Virus record (IMG/VR): IMGVR_UViG_3300022188_000015
Coordinates: 1-52,841 of that record
Source of the DNA: a virus
Lineage: Duplodnaviria; Caudoviricetes
Reading direction: 5' to 3' (one strand)
DNA length: 52,841 bases
Shown in pieces: positions 25,094 to 34,181 of this stretch. Numbering within the stretch: position 1 is the first letter of the stretch; each line of letters begins with the position of its first letter. Under the pieces are notes generated by a model that had not been told where the DNA came from, made no database searches, and worked only from the letters and a program-made list of their open reading frames with translations. Position numbers and translations under genes: made by a program.

Positions 25094-25334
25094 AAAGCTA
25101 ACCATTGACGAGGAATGGTATCAATCTCAAATCCCTCATTTTTGCAAGTATCGTACTGTGCAGGAGCATATAAACTATCTAATGGGGTGTTGGTCTTTAT
25201 TTTTGGGAAGAGTTGGAAGAGCAAACATCGGAGATGTTGAAGGCCCCCATTTTTGCCATAATTGCGACCTTTCAGTACGGACAAAAAGATGGGACAAAAA
25301 ATGGCATGAGAAATTTTTGAAGAAGGAGGCGTAA
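25074..25334 (+). CDS. Hypothetical protein
   Basis: 86 aa, overlaps the previous stop. Confidence 0.5.
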   Translation: MKSPRNKKLTIDEEWYQSQIPHFCKYRTVQEHINYLMGCWSLFLGRVGRANIGDVEGPHFCHNCDLSVRTKRWDKKWHEKFLKKEA

Positions 25335-25337
25335 GCT

Positions 25338-25529
25338 ATGAGTTTCTTTGTAGGCATTCTTACAGGCTTGGTTATTGCCTTTATCGTGGGGCAATTTGCC
25401 TTAAAAAAGGGCTACAAGGATTCCAACGATGAGCTAATCAAGTTCTGGAAGGAGCGAAACGAGCAAGGGCAAGAGATAGTTGATGCGCTTTGGGAAATAC
25501 GGAAAGCTTTGATTGATTTAAGGAGATAG
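25338..25529 (+). CDS. Small membrane protein
   Basis: GGAGG RBS, N-terminal TM. Confidence 0.55.
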   Translation: MSFFVGILTGLVIAFIVGQFALKKGYKDSNDELIKFWKERNEQGQEIVDALWEIRKALIDLRR

Positions 25530-25600
25530 TAAAAAGGAGGGAATACAAATGCGACAAGCCTTAGGTGGCTGGGAATTAGGGTTGACCCCGGAAAACATCA

Positions 25601-26836
25601 GTGGCTACTCCCCTGAACAGGTTCAGGGGCTTCTAGGGATTGAACCCAGAGACTGTAGCCCCAGTCTCAAAATATTAATAGCGGCATTAACATCTCTGTT
25701 AAGCGAAAGACCACACACAGGACAATGATAGACACGGTCATCCAAGTTAAGTTTGTGCCTATTACCACACCGACTGCATGTTTGAGATGTGTAGGCAGGG
25801 TTAATTTCAATACAGTGAGACCCAGCCCATTCTGCCTTGTATCTCACGCAGTTCAGAAATTGACCCCACGCTACGTCTCCTATACTTCTGTTGATACTGC
25901 GGAAATTACCTTGTCGCATGTCATTGATAGACAAGTCTTCAACGACAATAGTGTTAAACCGATTAACAAGCTTGCGAGCCTGTTGGTGCGCAAAATCGTG
26001 GCGTTTCCAGTTGATTCTTTCATGAATACGGGCCACTACTTTACGGGCCTTTTCTCTAGCTTTAGAACCTTTTTCTTGCAGAGAAAGCTTTCGCTGTGCT
26101 TTTGCAAGAGCTTTTTGTTCCTGTTTAAAAAACCTGGGGTTTTGAATCTGTTCGCCGTTAGACAAAGTTGCGAAAGATTCAAGCCCCATATCAATGCCAA
26201 TGGCTGGTTCAATAGGTTTTTTGGTAGGATTATGGTCAACTTCACAGACAAAAGTCACAAACCATTTGCCAGTTGGGGTACGTTTGATAGCGCAAGTTTT
26301 TATTTTGCCTTGGATAGGTCGATGAAGTTTGATTTTAACGTCACCAATCTTGGAAAGTTTGACAGTTTTCTCAAAAAGCTTAAAACCACTTTGAGGATAA
26401 GTGAAGCTATTGTAATGGGATTTACTTTTAAATCTCGGATAGCCAGGTTTTTCACCAGCTTTCAAGCGCCTAAAAAACGCCCTAAATGCAAGATCAAGGC
26501 GAACGGCAACTTCTTGGAGGCATTGACTGTAAGCATCATTGAGAAACTCGTATTCTTTTTTAAGCTTAGGAATAGAATTAACTTGATCGTAGCGAGAAAT
26601 GGATTTTTTCTCTTTTCCCCACGTTGTTTTACGTTCTTCAAGGAAATGATTGTAAAGCCAACGGCAGGCGTTAAGGACTTTATTCAGTTTTTTTACCTGG
26701 CTTTTGGTTGGGAAAATTCTATATTTGAAAGTTTTTTTCATAGCATTTATACTGTAATGGCGATTATTCTAAAAATCAAGGATTTTTTAAAGCCATTTAT
26801 CTCCCCGTTTTAACGGGGTTTTTCTGGTTATTTCCC
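25601..26836 (-). mobile_element. IS200/IS605-family element carrying tnpB only (IS1341-like)
   Basis: Left-end hairpin CCCCGTT-AACGGGG preceded by TTTAT (26841-26837); right end AGAAGCCCCTGAAC..GTTCAGGGGAGTAGCCAC ending at 25601; no tnpA; opposite to host operon. Confidence 0.8.
25623..26741 (-). CDS. tnpB: RNA-guided endonuclease TnpB
   Basis: TFKYRIFPT, KPGYPRFK, RuvC motifs GIDMG / VVEDL / RDVNAAINI, Zn finger CSRCG..CPVCG. Confidence 0.95.
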   Translation of the reverse strand: MKKTFKYRIFPTKSQVKKLNKVLNACRWLYNHFLEERKTTWGKEKKSISRYDQVNSIPKLKKEYEFLNDAYSQCLQEVAVRLDLAFRAFFRRLKAGEKPGYPRFKSKSHYNSFTYPQSGFKLFEKTVKLSKIGDVKIKLHRPIQGKIKTCAIKRTPTGKWFVTFVCEVDHNPTKKPIEPAIGIDMGLESFATLSNGEQIQNPRFFKQEQKALAKAQRKLSLQEKGSKAREKARKVVARIHERINWKRHDFAHQQARKLVNRFNTIVVEDLSINDMRQGNFRSINRSIGDVAWGQFLNCVRYKAEWAGSHCIEINPAYTSQTCSRCGNRHKLNLDDRVYHCPVCGLSLNRDVNAAINILRLGLQSLGSIPRSP

Positions 26837-26887
26837 ATAAAAGGGAAACCAGCTTGAAGCGATAAAAGGTAAAAAGGGGGAAATTTA

Positions 26888-27136
26888 ATGGCAATGTATA
26901 TACCTACACTACCAGAGATGTTTCTAGCTGAAATGGTACACTACCGACGGTGTATCCAATCCAAACTTTTAGTTGTAAAACATATGAAAATTGGTCAGCG
27001 ACGGCATCTATATCTTTTTAGGGATAATTCAATTTTAGTAAGCGAATATACACCTAAAAATGAAAGGTATACTACAATGTACATTCTTCCTGAAGATAGT
27101 CGCTATGAATATTATTTAAGGAGGATTAAGCCATGA
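26888..27136 (+). CDS. Hypothetical protein
   Basis: 82 aa ORF in the operon. Confidence 0.5.
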   Translation: MAMYIPTLPEMFLAEMVHYRRCIQSKLLVVKHMKIGQRRHLYLFRDNSILVSEYTPKNERYTTMYILPEDSRYEYYLRRIKP

Positions 27137-27435
27137 TTAAAAAAGTATATCTCTTCACAAACCGAAACTTGTTTGTTTTCGATGAAAAAGGCGAGCAAGT
27201 GATTGATGTTCAAAGGACGATAGGATGGGGAACTAGATGGTTTGAATTTGACAAAGAAGAAGAGGCTTTAGAAAAAATTGTTCAGGATGGCCCTACAATT
27301 TACTTGGCAAACTGGACTGAGCAATGGAGGCACGAGATCACCATTGACGAGTTTTGTTCTTTGCTAGGTCATGGCCCTTGGTATTGGGAAAACTACAAGA
27401 AGAAACTAAACGAAGAAAACACTGATGTTGAGTAG
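27133..27435 (+). CDS. Hypothetical protein
   Basis: AGGAGG RBS, ATGA overlap. Confidence 0.6.
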   Translation: MIKKVYLFTNRNLFVFDEKGEQVIDVQRTIGWGTRWFEFDKEEEALEKIVQDGPTIYLANWTEQWRHEITIDEFCSLLGHGPWYWENYKKKLNEENTDVE

Positions 27436-27577
27436 CCCTAAGATCGAATTTGTGATACCTAAGCATGAGTACATTCACTGCCCTAAGCGAAAGGATAAGG
27501 GTATGGTGCCGATTGAGAGGTGCAAGCAGTGTAAATACAGAGAGAAGTGTTCGGTTTTTAATAGGAAGAGAGGGTGA
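27425..27577 (+). CDS. 50-aa Cys-rich protein (absent from the ORF track)
   Basis: MLSSPKIEFVIPKHEYIHCPKRK...RCKQCKYREKC. Confidence 0.45.
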   Translation: MLSSPKIEFVIPKHEYIHCPKRKDKGMVPIERCKQCKYREKCSVFNRKRG

Positions 27578-27578
27578 C

Positions 27579-27740
27579 ATGAAAAAACAAGAAGAGAGTG
27601 AAAAGCTCGGTTTTAATGAAATGATTAAAAAAGCTCTGCGTGAGTACTTTGAAAGAGAGATTGACAGGCTAGTGTTTGAGTTTTTGTGTCGCGAGCAAGA
27701 AGACATGCAAAAAGAAAAGGTTGATGATGAACAAAGATAA
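27579..27740 (+). CDS. Small RHH-like protein
   Basis: GAGGG RBS; FNEMIKKALREYFE. Confidence 0.45.
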   Translation: MKKQEESEKLGFNEMIKKALREYFEREIDRLVFEFLCREQEDMQKEKVDDEQR

Positions 27741-27912
27741 TACCAAAAAAAGGCAAAACAAAAATGACCTTGGCTGAGCTTTACATCAGGCAGGCAGTCA
27801 CAGAAGCACTGAGCAGGCCGCCTGAAGAACTCGACCGGATGCTCGAAAGGGCCGAAAAGTTTACCCAAGAATTTGCAGAGCGTATCCGGCGTTTAGAAAA
27901 GGGGGGACGCTA

Positions 27913-28488
27913 ATGGTTAATACTTTATATCGCATTCGACAGTTAAAGAAAAAGATTAGAAACCTAAAAAAGCGCTTAGAGGAAGAAAGAGCGCGCAGTT
28001 ATACACTGCTTACCTATTACAAGAACAAAGCCCATGAGTACCAGCAAATGTATATGGAAATTGTTGAGGCTCTGGATAGACTAAACAAGTATAATGCTTT
28101 TGTGAAACCCTACAAAAAAGTGCTAACAGATCATCTTCCTATTAAGATTGAATTATTTACGCCTATTCCTACCTTTTCTTCTGAGGTTCTTGATAGCCAT
28201 TTAGCTGCTGATTACCATATGAAACTATTGGACTGGCTTGAAGCATATGGCCGGTATGATGAAGACCCTCTAGGGATGCGGGACGCCATAATGATAGATG
28301 TAGAAATGTCTCAGCCACCTGGTTGTATCCGTAAAGCTATATCTTTCACGAAAGAGGGTCTTTACGTGGCAGGTGGTAATAGATATATAAGGCATTTTTT
28401 GCAAAACCTGGCTAACGACCTGATAGCAGCAATCTTAAAAGAACGGGAGGATAACAATCCGTGGAAGCACGAAAAGAACGACCGATAA
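27913..28488 (+). CDS. Hypothetical protein with an N-terminal coiled coil
   Basis: 191 aa, TAATG overlap. Confidence 0.6.
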   Translation: MVNTLYRIRQLKKKIRNLKKRLEEERARSYTLLTYYKNKAHEYQQMYMEIVEALDRLNKYNAFVKPYKKVLTDHLPIKIELFTPIPTFSSEVLDSHLAADYHMKLLDWLEAYGRYDEDPLGMRDAIMIDVEMSQPPGCIRKAISFTKEGLYVAGGNRYIRHFLQNLANDLIAAILKEREDNNPWKHEKNDR

Positions 28489-29174
28489 TTTTTAGCGGTG
28501 AGATGGTAAAGGCCATTTTGGATGGCAGAAAAACGCAAACGAGGAGGCCGATAAAGCCACAGCCAGAACTTGATGTATGTAGAGGTTGGTGGTGGAAAGG
28601 GAAATGTTACGGGATAATAGCTAGCCTTTATGGAAATAAACTTCCTGTAGCCAAATTAGCCCAGGATATGAGAACAGCATGCCCTTATCAAATAGGAGAT
28701 ATTCTGTGGGTAAAAGAGACTTGGCGTGTTGTCTCGGAAGGAAATTATTGCGTAGAAGGTAAAACCGTAAGAATTCTACATATTGAATACAAGAGCGGGT
28801 GGGACGGGAAAAGATACTCACAAAAAACCTTTCAATTCGTCCTGCCCGATGATAAAGATAAGCTATGTAACTACAAGGTAGGAGAGTGGCGTTCCCCTAT
28901 CTTCATGCCTCGCTGGGCATCAAGGATCAAGTTGGAGGTAACAGATATTTGGGTTGAACGGGTACAGGAAATATCCAGCGAAGATATTCATAAAGAAGGC
29001 ATTGATAGGTGGGAAGATTACCAAAATGGAAAACATATTTCGGTTTATCAAGCCAGGGGAAGATTTAAAGCCTTATGGGATTCCCTTTGGGCCAAGAAAG
29101 GCTTTGGCTGGAACGTAAACCCCTGGGTATGGGCAATTGCGTTTAGGAGGATAGAAAATGAAAGTCAAGATTGA
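28461..29174 (+). CDS. ASCH/PUA-like phage protein
   Basis: ERPIIFSGEMVKAILDGRKTQTRR, GDILWVKETW, SPIFMPRWASRI, NPWVWAIAF. Confidence 0.75.
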   Translation: MEARKERPIIFSGEMVKAILDGRKTQTRRPIKPQPELDVCRGWWWKGKCYGIIASLYGNKLPVAKLAQDMRTACPYQIGDILWVKETWRVVSEGNYCVEGKTVRILHIEYKSGWDGKRYSQKTFQFVLPDDKDKLCNYKVGEWRSPIFMPRWASRIKLEVTDIWVERVQEISSEDIHKEGIDRWEDYQNGKHISVYQARGRFKALWDSLWAKKGFGWNVNPWVWAIAFRRIENESQD

Positions 29175-29391
29175 CAAAGATGGTTGCTTATGGATACAGA
29201 GAAAAGGGACATGGAAAAGGCAAAAATGTAGATTTTCCTATCATCCAGAGGGCGGGTGTTATTGTGGAGATGAATGCCCACTCTTTAAAGAACCAGCCAA
29301 GAATGGACACCTAATATATCTTGTTCTCTGTAAAGGAATGCATGTTTTAGAGGACAGTGATTTCACTGACGAAAGAGAGGTATCAAAGTGA
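29158..29391 (+). CDS. Hypothetical Cys-containing protein
   Basis: AGGAGG RBS; C...CGDECPLF. Confidence 0.6.
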   Translation: MKVKIDKDGCLWIQRKGTWKRQKCRFSYHPEGGCYCGDECPLFKEPAKNGHLIYLVLCKGMHVLEDSDFTDEREVSK

Positions 29392-29588
29392 AATGGATAA
29401 ATGTTAAAGAGAGGTTGCCTGATAAGCTTGGAAAGTATTTAGTTTGGGTAGCCACTTTTAATAATGATTTATCTTGGGGTCAATGGGCTACAAATTATTT
29501 CTATCCTGAAACTGGATGGCTTGCGTACCCTTCTTCCAATATCACCCATTGGCTTGAGATAGAGCCGCCAGAGGAGGAGAACAAATGA
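29388..29588 (+). CDS. DUF551-family protein
   Basis: KWINVKERLP...ITHWLEIEPP. Confidence 0.75.
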   Translation: MKWINVKERLPDKLGKYLVWVATFNNDLSWGQWATNYFYPETGWLAYPSSNITHWLEIEPPEEENK

Positions 29589-29767
29589 CGCCAATGGAAA
29601 AGCTAACTGAAAGCCAATTCAAAGAAAAATACTTCAATAATAGATACGGTGTTTTCCATTCTGAAATGTTGCCAAATGGAAATATAGAGGTAACACTGAT
29701 TGACTATGCTTCAGAATGGCATGATGAATTGTTTACAGTTGAAGTTGAACCAGACGGGGAATCTTAA
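29585..29767 (+). CDS. Hypothetical protein
   Basis: GGAGGAG RBS, ATGA overlap. Confidence 0.5.
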   Translation: MTPMEKLTESQFKEKYFNNRYGVFHSEMLPNGNIEVTLIDYASEWHDELFTVEVEPDGES

Positions 29768-29780
29768 AAAGGAGGCAAAG

Positions 29781-29960
29781 ATGAACCAAAGGGTTGCTAA
29801 GGCATTAAGGAAAGAAGTGTACGGCGACTTTTCTTTGAGAGAGCCAAGGCGGTACGTAGTGGATGCTCATGGAACCATTCGTGTCTTGGGGAGGAGAGCG
29901 CTGTACCAGGAAATAAAAAAGAAAAGGAGGAATCGTCATGGCAACGATCCTGGTATGTGA
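29781..29960 (+). CDS. Small basic protein
   Basis: AAGGAGG RBS; MNQRVAKALRK...RALYQEIKK. Confidence 0.55.
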   Translation: MNQRVAKALRKEVYGDFSLREPRRYVVDAHGTIRVLGRRALYQEIKKKRRNRHGNDPGM

Positions 29961-30210
29961 TATGTGCGACACAAGGAAGGGTGTAGAGAGGCACTCATGG
30001 GCAATTGACCGGAGGGCAGACGCAGCCGGCGGCATGGAAGACGTGACGGTAGCTGTGGATCTGTGCTTGAAATGTGAGAACCGGCTGCTTAAAGAAGCGC
30101 TTAACACTATCCTGGGCGAAAAGATAATGAACAAGCCTGCAAGAGAGTTGGCATTTGGCAAAAGGATGTGGGACGAATATAGAAAAGCAACAAACCGATG
30201 GGACGCTTAG
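29938..30210 (+). CDS. Zn-ribbon hypothetical protein
   Basis: CDMC...DLCLKC. Confidence 0.6.
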   Translation: MATILVCDMCDTRKGVERHSWAIDRRADAAGGMEDVTVAVDLCLKCENRLLKEALNTILGEKIMNKPARELAFGKRMWDEYRKATNRWDA

Positions 30211-30316
30211 TGATAAGAGAGCTTTTCTTTTTTCTTAGGTGTATAGCTAGAAACGAGCGTAAGATCATGTGGCATGAAATGCTTGTGAGGGTGCTAGGGG
30301 TGTTGAAGATGAAAGC

Positions 30317-30553
30317 ATGGTGGTGGCAATGCGAGAAAAGGAAATTGACTTCATTGAGCTAATAGTAAACGACATCCTAAGCCTAGCCAAAAACTGGTCT
30401 GCAAGTGACGAAGTTGCCGCTATCCACGGGGTGTGGATGGAAATAGGTAGAAGGCTAGGGGTGGTAATGCGAGAGGTGAGAGAAAAAGAAAAAACAGAAA
30501 ATTTAAGCAAAAGCAGGAGGGAAGCAAATGTCATCAATAGAAATCAAAATTGA
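30317..30553 (+). CDS. Hypothetical protein
   Basis: ORF in the operon, start uncertain. Confidence 0.4.
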   Translation: MVVAMREKEIDFIELIVNDILSLAKNWSASDEVAAIHGVWMEIGRRLGVVMREVREKEKTENLSKSRREANVINRNQN

Positions 30554-30923
30554 TTTAGACAAACCAGATGTCAATGTTACATGGTCGGACTTGCCCGGGC
30601 ACCCGCTGTTTTATCAATACCTTGGCAAAATGGCTCTGATCCATGCGCTTAAAAACTTGGACTATGGCGATGGCGATCCTTTGGGTAACTTCAAATTTTC
30701 TGAGGAAATAACGGGCATACCTGCCTGGAAAGGAGCCTTGGTTCGGCTTACGGACAAGTGGGGACGGATCAAGTCTTTGCTGAAGAAAGAAAAAGCCTAT
30801 GTTCAAGACGAAACGCTTGAGGATACCCTGCTTGATAACGCTGTGTATAGCTTGCTTGTGTTGGTGTTGTTAACCATATGGATGGAAAACTTCAGCGAAG
30901 CCAGATCTGAAGATTACAAGTAG
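30528..30923 (+). CDS. Nucleotide-modification-associated domain protein (DUF1599/Nmad1-like)
   Basis: KNLDYG..DPLGNF...RLTDKWGRI...ETLEDTLLDNAVYS. Confidence 0.7.
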   Translation: MSSIEIKIDLDKPDVNVTWSDLPGHPLFYQYLGKMALIHALKNLDYGDGDPLGNFKFSEEITGIPAWKGALVRLTDKWGRIKSLLKKEKAYVQDETLEDTLLDNAVYSLLVLVLLTIWMENFSEARSEDYK

Positions 30924-31018
30924 TAATGAACAATTTGTGTTTAAGTTGTGAAAATTTTACGGACGCAAAAATAGGCAAAATGCGTCCGCAGGATATTCTC
31001 AAAAAGGAGGGATAAACT

Positions 31019-31885
31019 ATGAAATGCTTTTATCATTCGAGCGATTCAGATGGTCATTGCTCAGGCGCAATCGTTAAGTTTCATTACCCTGAGTGCGAAA
31101 TGTGGCCTATTGACTATGGAGACACGTTCCCTATGAACAAGATCAAGGACGGTGAGACGGTTTACATGGTGGACTTTGCCTTACAGCCTTTTGATCAGAT
31201 GATTGAGTTGACTAAGAAATGCAAGCTCATCTGGATAGACCACCACAAGACCGCCTTGGAAGAAGCAGAGAAGAGAGGCTTTGTTGTGCGTGGCCTGAGG
31301 CGTATAGGTATAGGGGCATGCTCTTTGGTTTGGGAATTTATAAATCCACATTTGCCTATACCTAAACCTGTAAAACTTCTTGCTGAATACGATGTTTGGG
31401 ATCATAGCGATCCTGACACCTTGCCTTTCCAGTATGGCATGAGAATGAGAGAAACCGACCCTGCTACAGAGGAAGGGATGAAATTATGGGAAAAGTTATT
31501 TGAAAGCTATGGGAGGGTTGTCTTTAATGTGATATTGCGCCAGGGTAAAATCATTCTTGAATACCAAAAGCAGATAGACGCCAAATATTGTTCTAGGTAT
31601 GCTTACCCTGTTACTTTTGAGGGGTACAAAGCCCTTGTTTTAAACAGGGGTATTGCCAATAGTATGACGTTTGAAAACGCCCCAGGCGCAAAAGATGCGG
31701 ACATTTTTATTACTTATGCTTTTACTGGTAGAAGCTGGATAGTTTCTCTGTACGCCAACAAACCAGAAGATATAGACGTTAGCGAGATGGCCAAGAAATA
31801 CGGCGGTGGCGGCCATAAAGGGGCGGCAGGATTTACCTGTTCAGATAGACAGTTTCCGCCTGAATTGAAAAACACCAAAGACTAG
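31019..31885 (+). CDS. DHH/DHHA1 phosphoesterase (NrnB-like)
   Basis: YH..DSDG, VDF, IDHH, GGGGHKGAAGF. Confidence 0.9.
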   Translation: MKCFYHSSDSDGHCSGAIVKFHYPECEMWPIDYGDTFPMNKIKDGETVYMVDFALQPFDQMIELTKKCKLIWIDHHKTALEEAEKRGFVVRGLRRIGIGACSLVWEFINPHLPIPKPVKLLAEYDVWDHSDPDTLPFQYGMRMRETDPATEEGMKLWEKLFESYGRVVFNVILRQGKIILEYQKQIDAKYCSRYAYPVTFEGYKALVLNRGIANSMTFENAPGAKDADIFITYAFTGRSWIVSLYANKPEDIDVSEMAKKYGGGGHKGAAGFTCSDRQFPPELKNTKD

Positions 31886-31900
31886 AAAGGAGACAACGAG

Positions 31901-32077
31901 ATGAATTTTGAACTTTTTACTGACTTTAATATTTCACATAGTCCTCAATATTTTTATGTCAGAGGCGCAATTTGGGGGATTGTTTTTACTACTTGTTTTT
32001 ACAAATTTTTCTTGCCATGGTTAAAGAAAAAGATATTTGCATGGAAAAAGTATAGACAAATCCTAGATCGGTCATAA
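31901..32077 (+). CDS. 58-aa AT-rich membrane protein (absent from the ORF track)
   Basis: AAGGAG RBS; MNFELFTDF...GAIWGIVFTTCFYKFFLPWLKKK. Confidence 0.5.
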   Translation: MNFELFTDFNISHSPQYFYVRGAIWGIVFTTCFYKFFLPWLKKKIFAWKKYRQILDRS

Positions 32078-32084
32078 CAATACA

Positions 32085-32125
32085 AAAAAGACTCCTACCT
32101 CATTGGCAGGAGTCCTTCATTTTTT
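32085..32125. terminator. Bidirectional terminator between the early and late blocks
   Basis: AAAAA-GACTCCTACC...GGCAGGAGTC followed by a T-rich run. Confidence 0.6.
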
Positions 32126-32182
32126 GTTTAAGCCGTTTTGCTTATCCCCTTCTTGTTTTTTAGCTGGGGGCAATCTGAATCT

Positions 32183-32755
32183 TTAACCCTTCTTTATGGC
32201 ATTAATAACCCCTGCAACCACGCCCTGGGAATTATCACCAGCTTGAGCCCGCTGCATACGGCCACGATGCCAGGTGGTCACCCCTAGAATGCAGAGCCAG
32301 CCCATCCATACCCACTCGGGCACATTGGGGACAGCCTTTCCTAGTAAGGGTAGTACAAAGTATATAGTGATTACAGCGATTGGAAATGCGAACCCGTTTA
32401 CCGGTCGCCAGGAATACTGAGGCCAATGCTCGCTTTTGCTTTCACTCTGCATGGTGGCGTTGACTGCCTGAAGCCTAACTGTTTCCTGCTGGGATTCCTG
32501 GATAGCCAATTGCACATTGAGCCTATGGATTTCTACTTTTGCATTTGTTTCGATTTCCCTGAGTTTTACAGCGGCCTGGGGATCTTTTTCAATAGCTGCT
32601 ATGATCTCCTCTGGTTTGGCATCAGGGGTTAATCCAAAGGCCCCGGCTACAAGCGAAGCTAATGTGCCAATAGCAGCCCCTCCAGGGCCGCCAAAAGCAG
32701 CGCCTAGCTCTGGCGCATATTTGGCGATTCTCTTACCCAAGTCCTTCCAATTCAT
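32183..32755 (-). CDS. Holin (3TM / GTA-holin-like)
   Basis: Gly-rich N-terminal helix, coiled coil, SWRP followed by two TM segments. Confidence 0.7.
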   Translation of the reverse strand: MNWKDLGKRIAKYAPELGAAFGGPGGAAIGTLASLVAGAFGLTPDAKPEEIIAAIEKDPQAAVKLREIETNAKVEIHRLNVQLAIQESQQETVRLQAVNATMQSESKSEHWPQYSWRPVNGFAFPIAVITIYFVLPLLGKAVPNVPEWVWMGWLCILGVTTWHRGRMQRAQAGDNSQGVVAGVINAIKKG

Positions 32756-32925
32756 TTCAATTTCCTCCCCTGACCTATCATCCTTCTTAACCTGTCCAGT
32801 TCATGCTTCATAGCATCTACGTTTCTCTTAGCTTCCCTCTCAATCTTCTTGGCATTGTTACGATAAACCAATACCCCTATTATTGCGCCTACGCCTAATC
32901 CTGCCAAAAAGCTAATGATACTCAT
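32752..32925 (-). CDS. 57-aa membrane protein in the lysis region (absent from the ORF track)
   Basis: MSIISFLAGLGVGAIIGVLVYRNN...; ATGA overlap with the holin. Confidence 0.6.
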   Translation of the reverse strand: MSIISFLAGLGVGAIIGVLVYRNNAKKIEREAKRNVDAMKHELDRLRRMIGQGRKLK

Positions 32926-33048
32926 TGCTTATCCCCCCTTTCTTTGAGTAATGCTTTAAGTTCATCGTATCTTTTGTATTTTTCTTTGAGCAGCTTGATG
33001 AGGACTTGACAATCCACCCTGATAGCTGCCATTTCCTTTTCAATCTCT

Positions 33049-33297
33049 CTACAGTTGACCGCCCCATGCTTTGTTCCCCTTTCTTTTCCGGCAATTTTCT
33101 TTTGTGCATTCCTGCCCTGATAATCTACAAAGAAATTTGTCAGATATCCATCCTACACCCTCTTTGCGCCATCCTTCATAGCGATACGGACACTTGTAAT
33201 TGGGTAAGGGGACTAATACAGTCCAGGTTTCCTCGTCAAGAGGCCGGTATTTTACGGCTATGCTATTCTCTGCGTATACCGCTTGTTCTTCTGACAT
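33049..33297 (-). CDS. Hypothetical protein
   Basis: GAGG RBS, 82 aa. Confidence 0.5.
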   Translation of the reverse strand: MSEEQAVYAENSIAVKYRPLDEETWTVLVPLPNYKCPYRYEGWRKEGVGWISDKFLCRLSGQECTKENCRKRKGNKAWGGQL

Positions 33298-33311
33298 ACG
33301 AACCTCTCTTT

Positions 33312-33626
33312 CTATTCAGGATCGTATTCTACGTGGATATGGTTAGACTCGAGCACTACATCATACTTGGGGCCTAACTTTTGTCTAAGAGCCGAGACTA
33401 CTTCTGTAGAGCTAGCCCTAGAAACCATCCCGTGCGACCCAGGCAGGCCCACGTCTACCGCTTCCCCCGCATAGTGCAAAGAGCCTGGCGAATGGTTTCC
33501 TTCATCGCCTGATGTCAACACTGATTCATGCCCTGCCACTTCCCTGTAAACTCGGTCAATAATAGGTAAAGCCCTTCTAATTTCCCTTTTCAGGCATCTT
33601 ACCGACACCCCCATTTTCAGTAACAT
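33312..33626 (-). CDS. Endolysin, peptidase M15-like
   Basis: TSG.EGNH..GSLHYAGEAVD...HIHVEYD (H-x6-D...H zinc ligands). Confidence 0.75.
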   Translation of the reverse strand: MLLKMGVSVRCLKREIRRALPIIDRVYREVAGHESVLTSGDEGNHSPGSLHYAGEAVDVGLPGSHGMVSRASSTEVVSALRQKLGPKYDVVLESNHIHVEYDPE

Positions 33627-33813
33627 GCTGTCTCACCTCCTTTCCCCATTTTTCCTCAAACGCATTGAGCGCATCGGTCATAGTCACCGTACATTCGACA
33701 ATGCGCTTAATTGATCCCATTATGATCTGGCAGTTATTACGCAAAATATCTTTTAGATATTCTAGGTCTTTGGTGCGCTCAGAGCAGTTGATACGCTCTA
33801 GTGGGTCTATCAT
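33577..33813 (-). CDS. Hypothetical protein
   Basis: 78 aa, ATGA overlap. Confidence 0.45.
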   Translation of the reverse strand: MIDPLERINCSERTKDLEYLKDILRNNCQIIMGSIKRIVECTVTMTDALNAFEEKWGKEVRQHVTENGGVGKMPEKGN

Positions 33814-34181
33814 CGTACTCTCTCCTGCAAAAGCTTCTTAATATCTTTTTGCATTTCAAGTTGGTTCTCTTCAATCCTGTGCAGGATCGCCCTAAGCTCT
33901 TGGTCCTTATACTCTAGCAGATTGATCCTGCTAGTCAACTCTGCCACCACAGGTTTTGCCGCGTACATCAAGTCTGACGCTCTGGTCTTGTAGTAGACCG
34001 AGGCTGTAAAACTTCCTGCGGGAACAATCGAAACTGCTAATAGCGCCCATATCCACTTCTTAGGAACCTTATCCTTTAGGCATCCCACGATCCCGCTTTT
34101 GCCGTCTTCCCCATAAATAGCCTTTTTAAGGCCTTGAAGTTGCTCATGACATTCAGGTGCAGGACATCCACCGTTAGGCAT
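33810..34181 (-). CDS. Membrane protein with coiled coil (possibly lysis-associated)
   Basis: AIYGEDGKSGIV, one TM, C-terminal coiled coil. Confidence 0.55.
   Translation of the reverse strand: MPNGGCPAPECHEQLQGLKKAIYGEDGKSGIVGCLKDKVPKKWIWALLAVSIVPAGSFTASVYYKTRASDLMYAAKPVVAELTSRINLLEYKDQELRAILHRIEENQLEMQKDIKKLLQERVR

Noticed and set aside
25725-26813. 362-aa plus-strand ORF
   Set aside because: Antisense shadow of tnpB with no recognisable motifs
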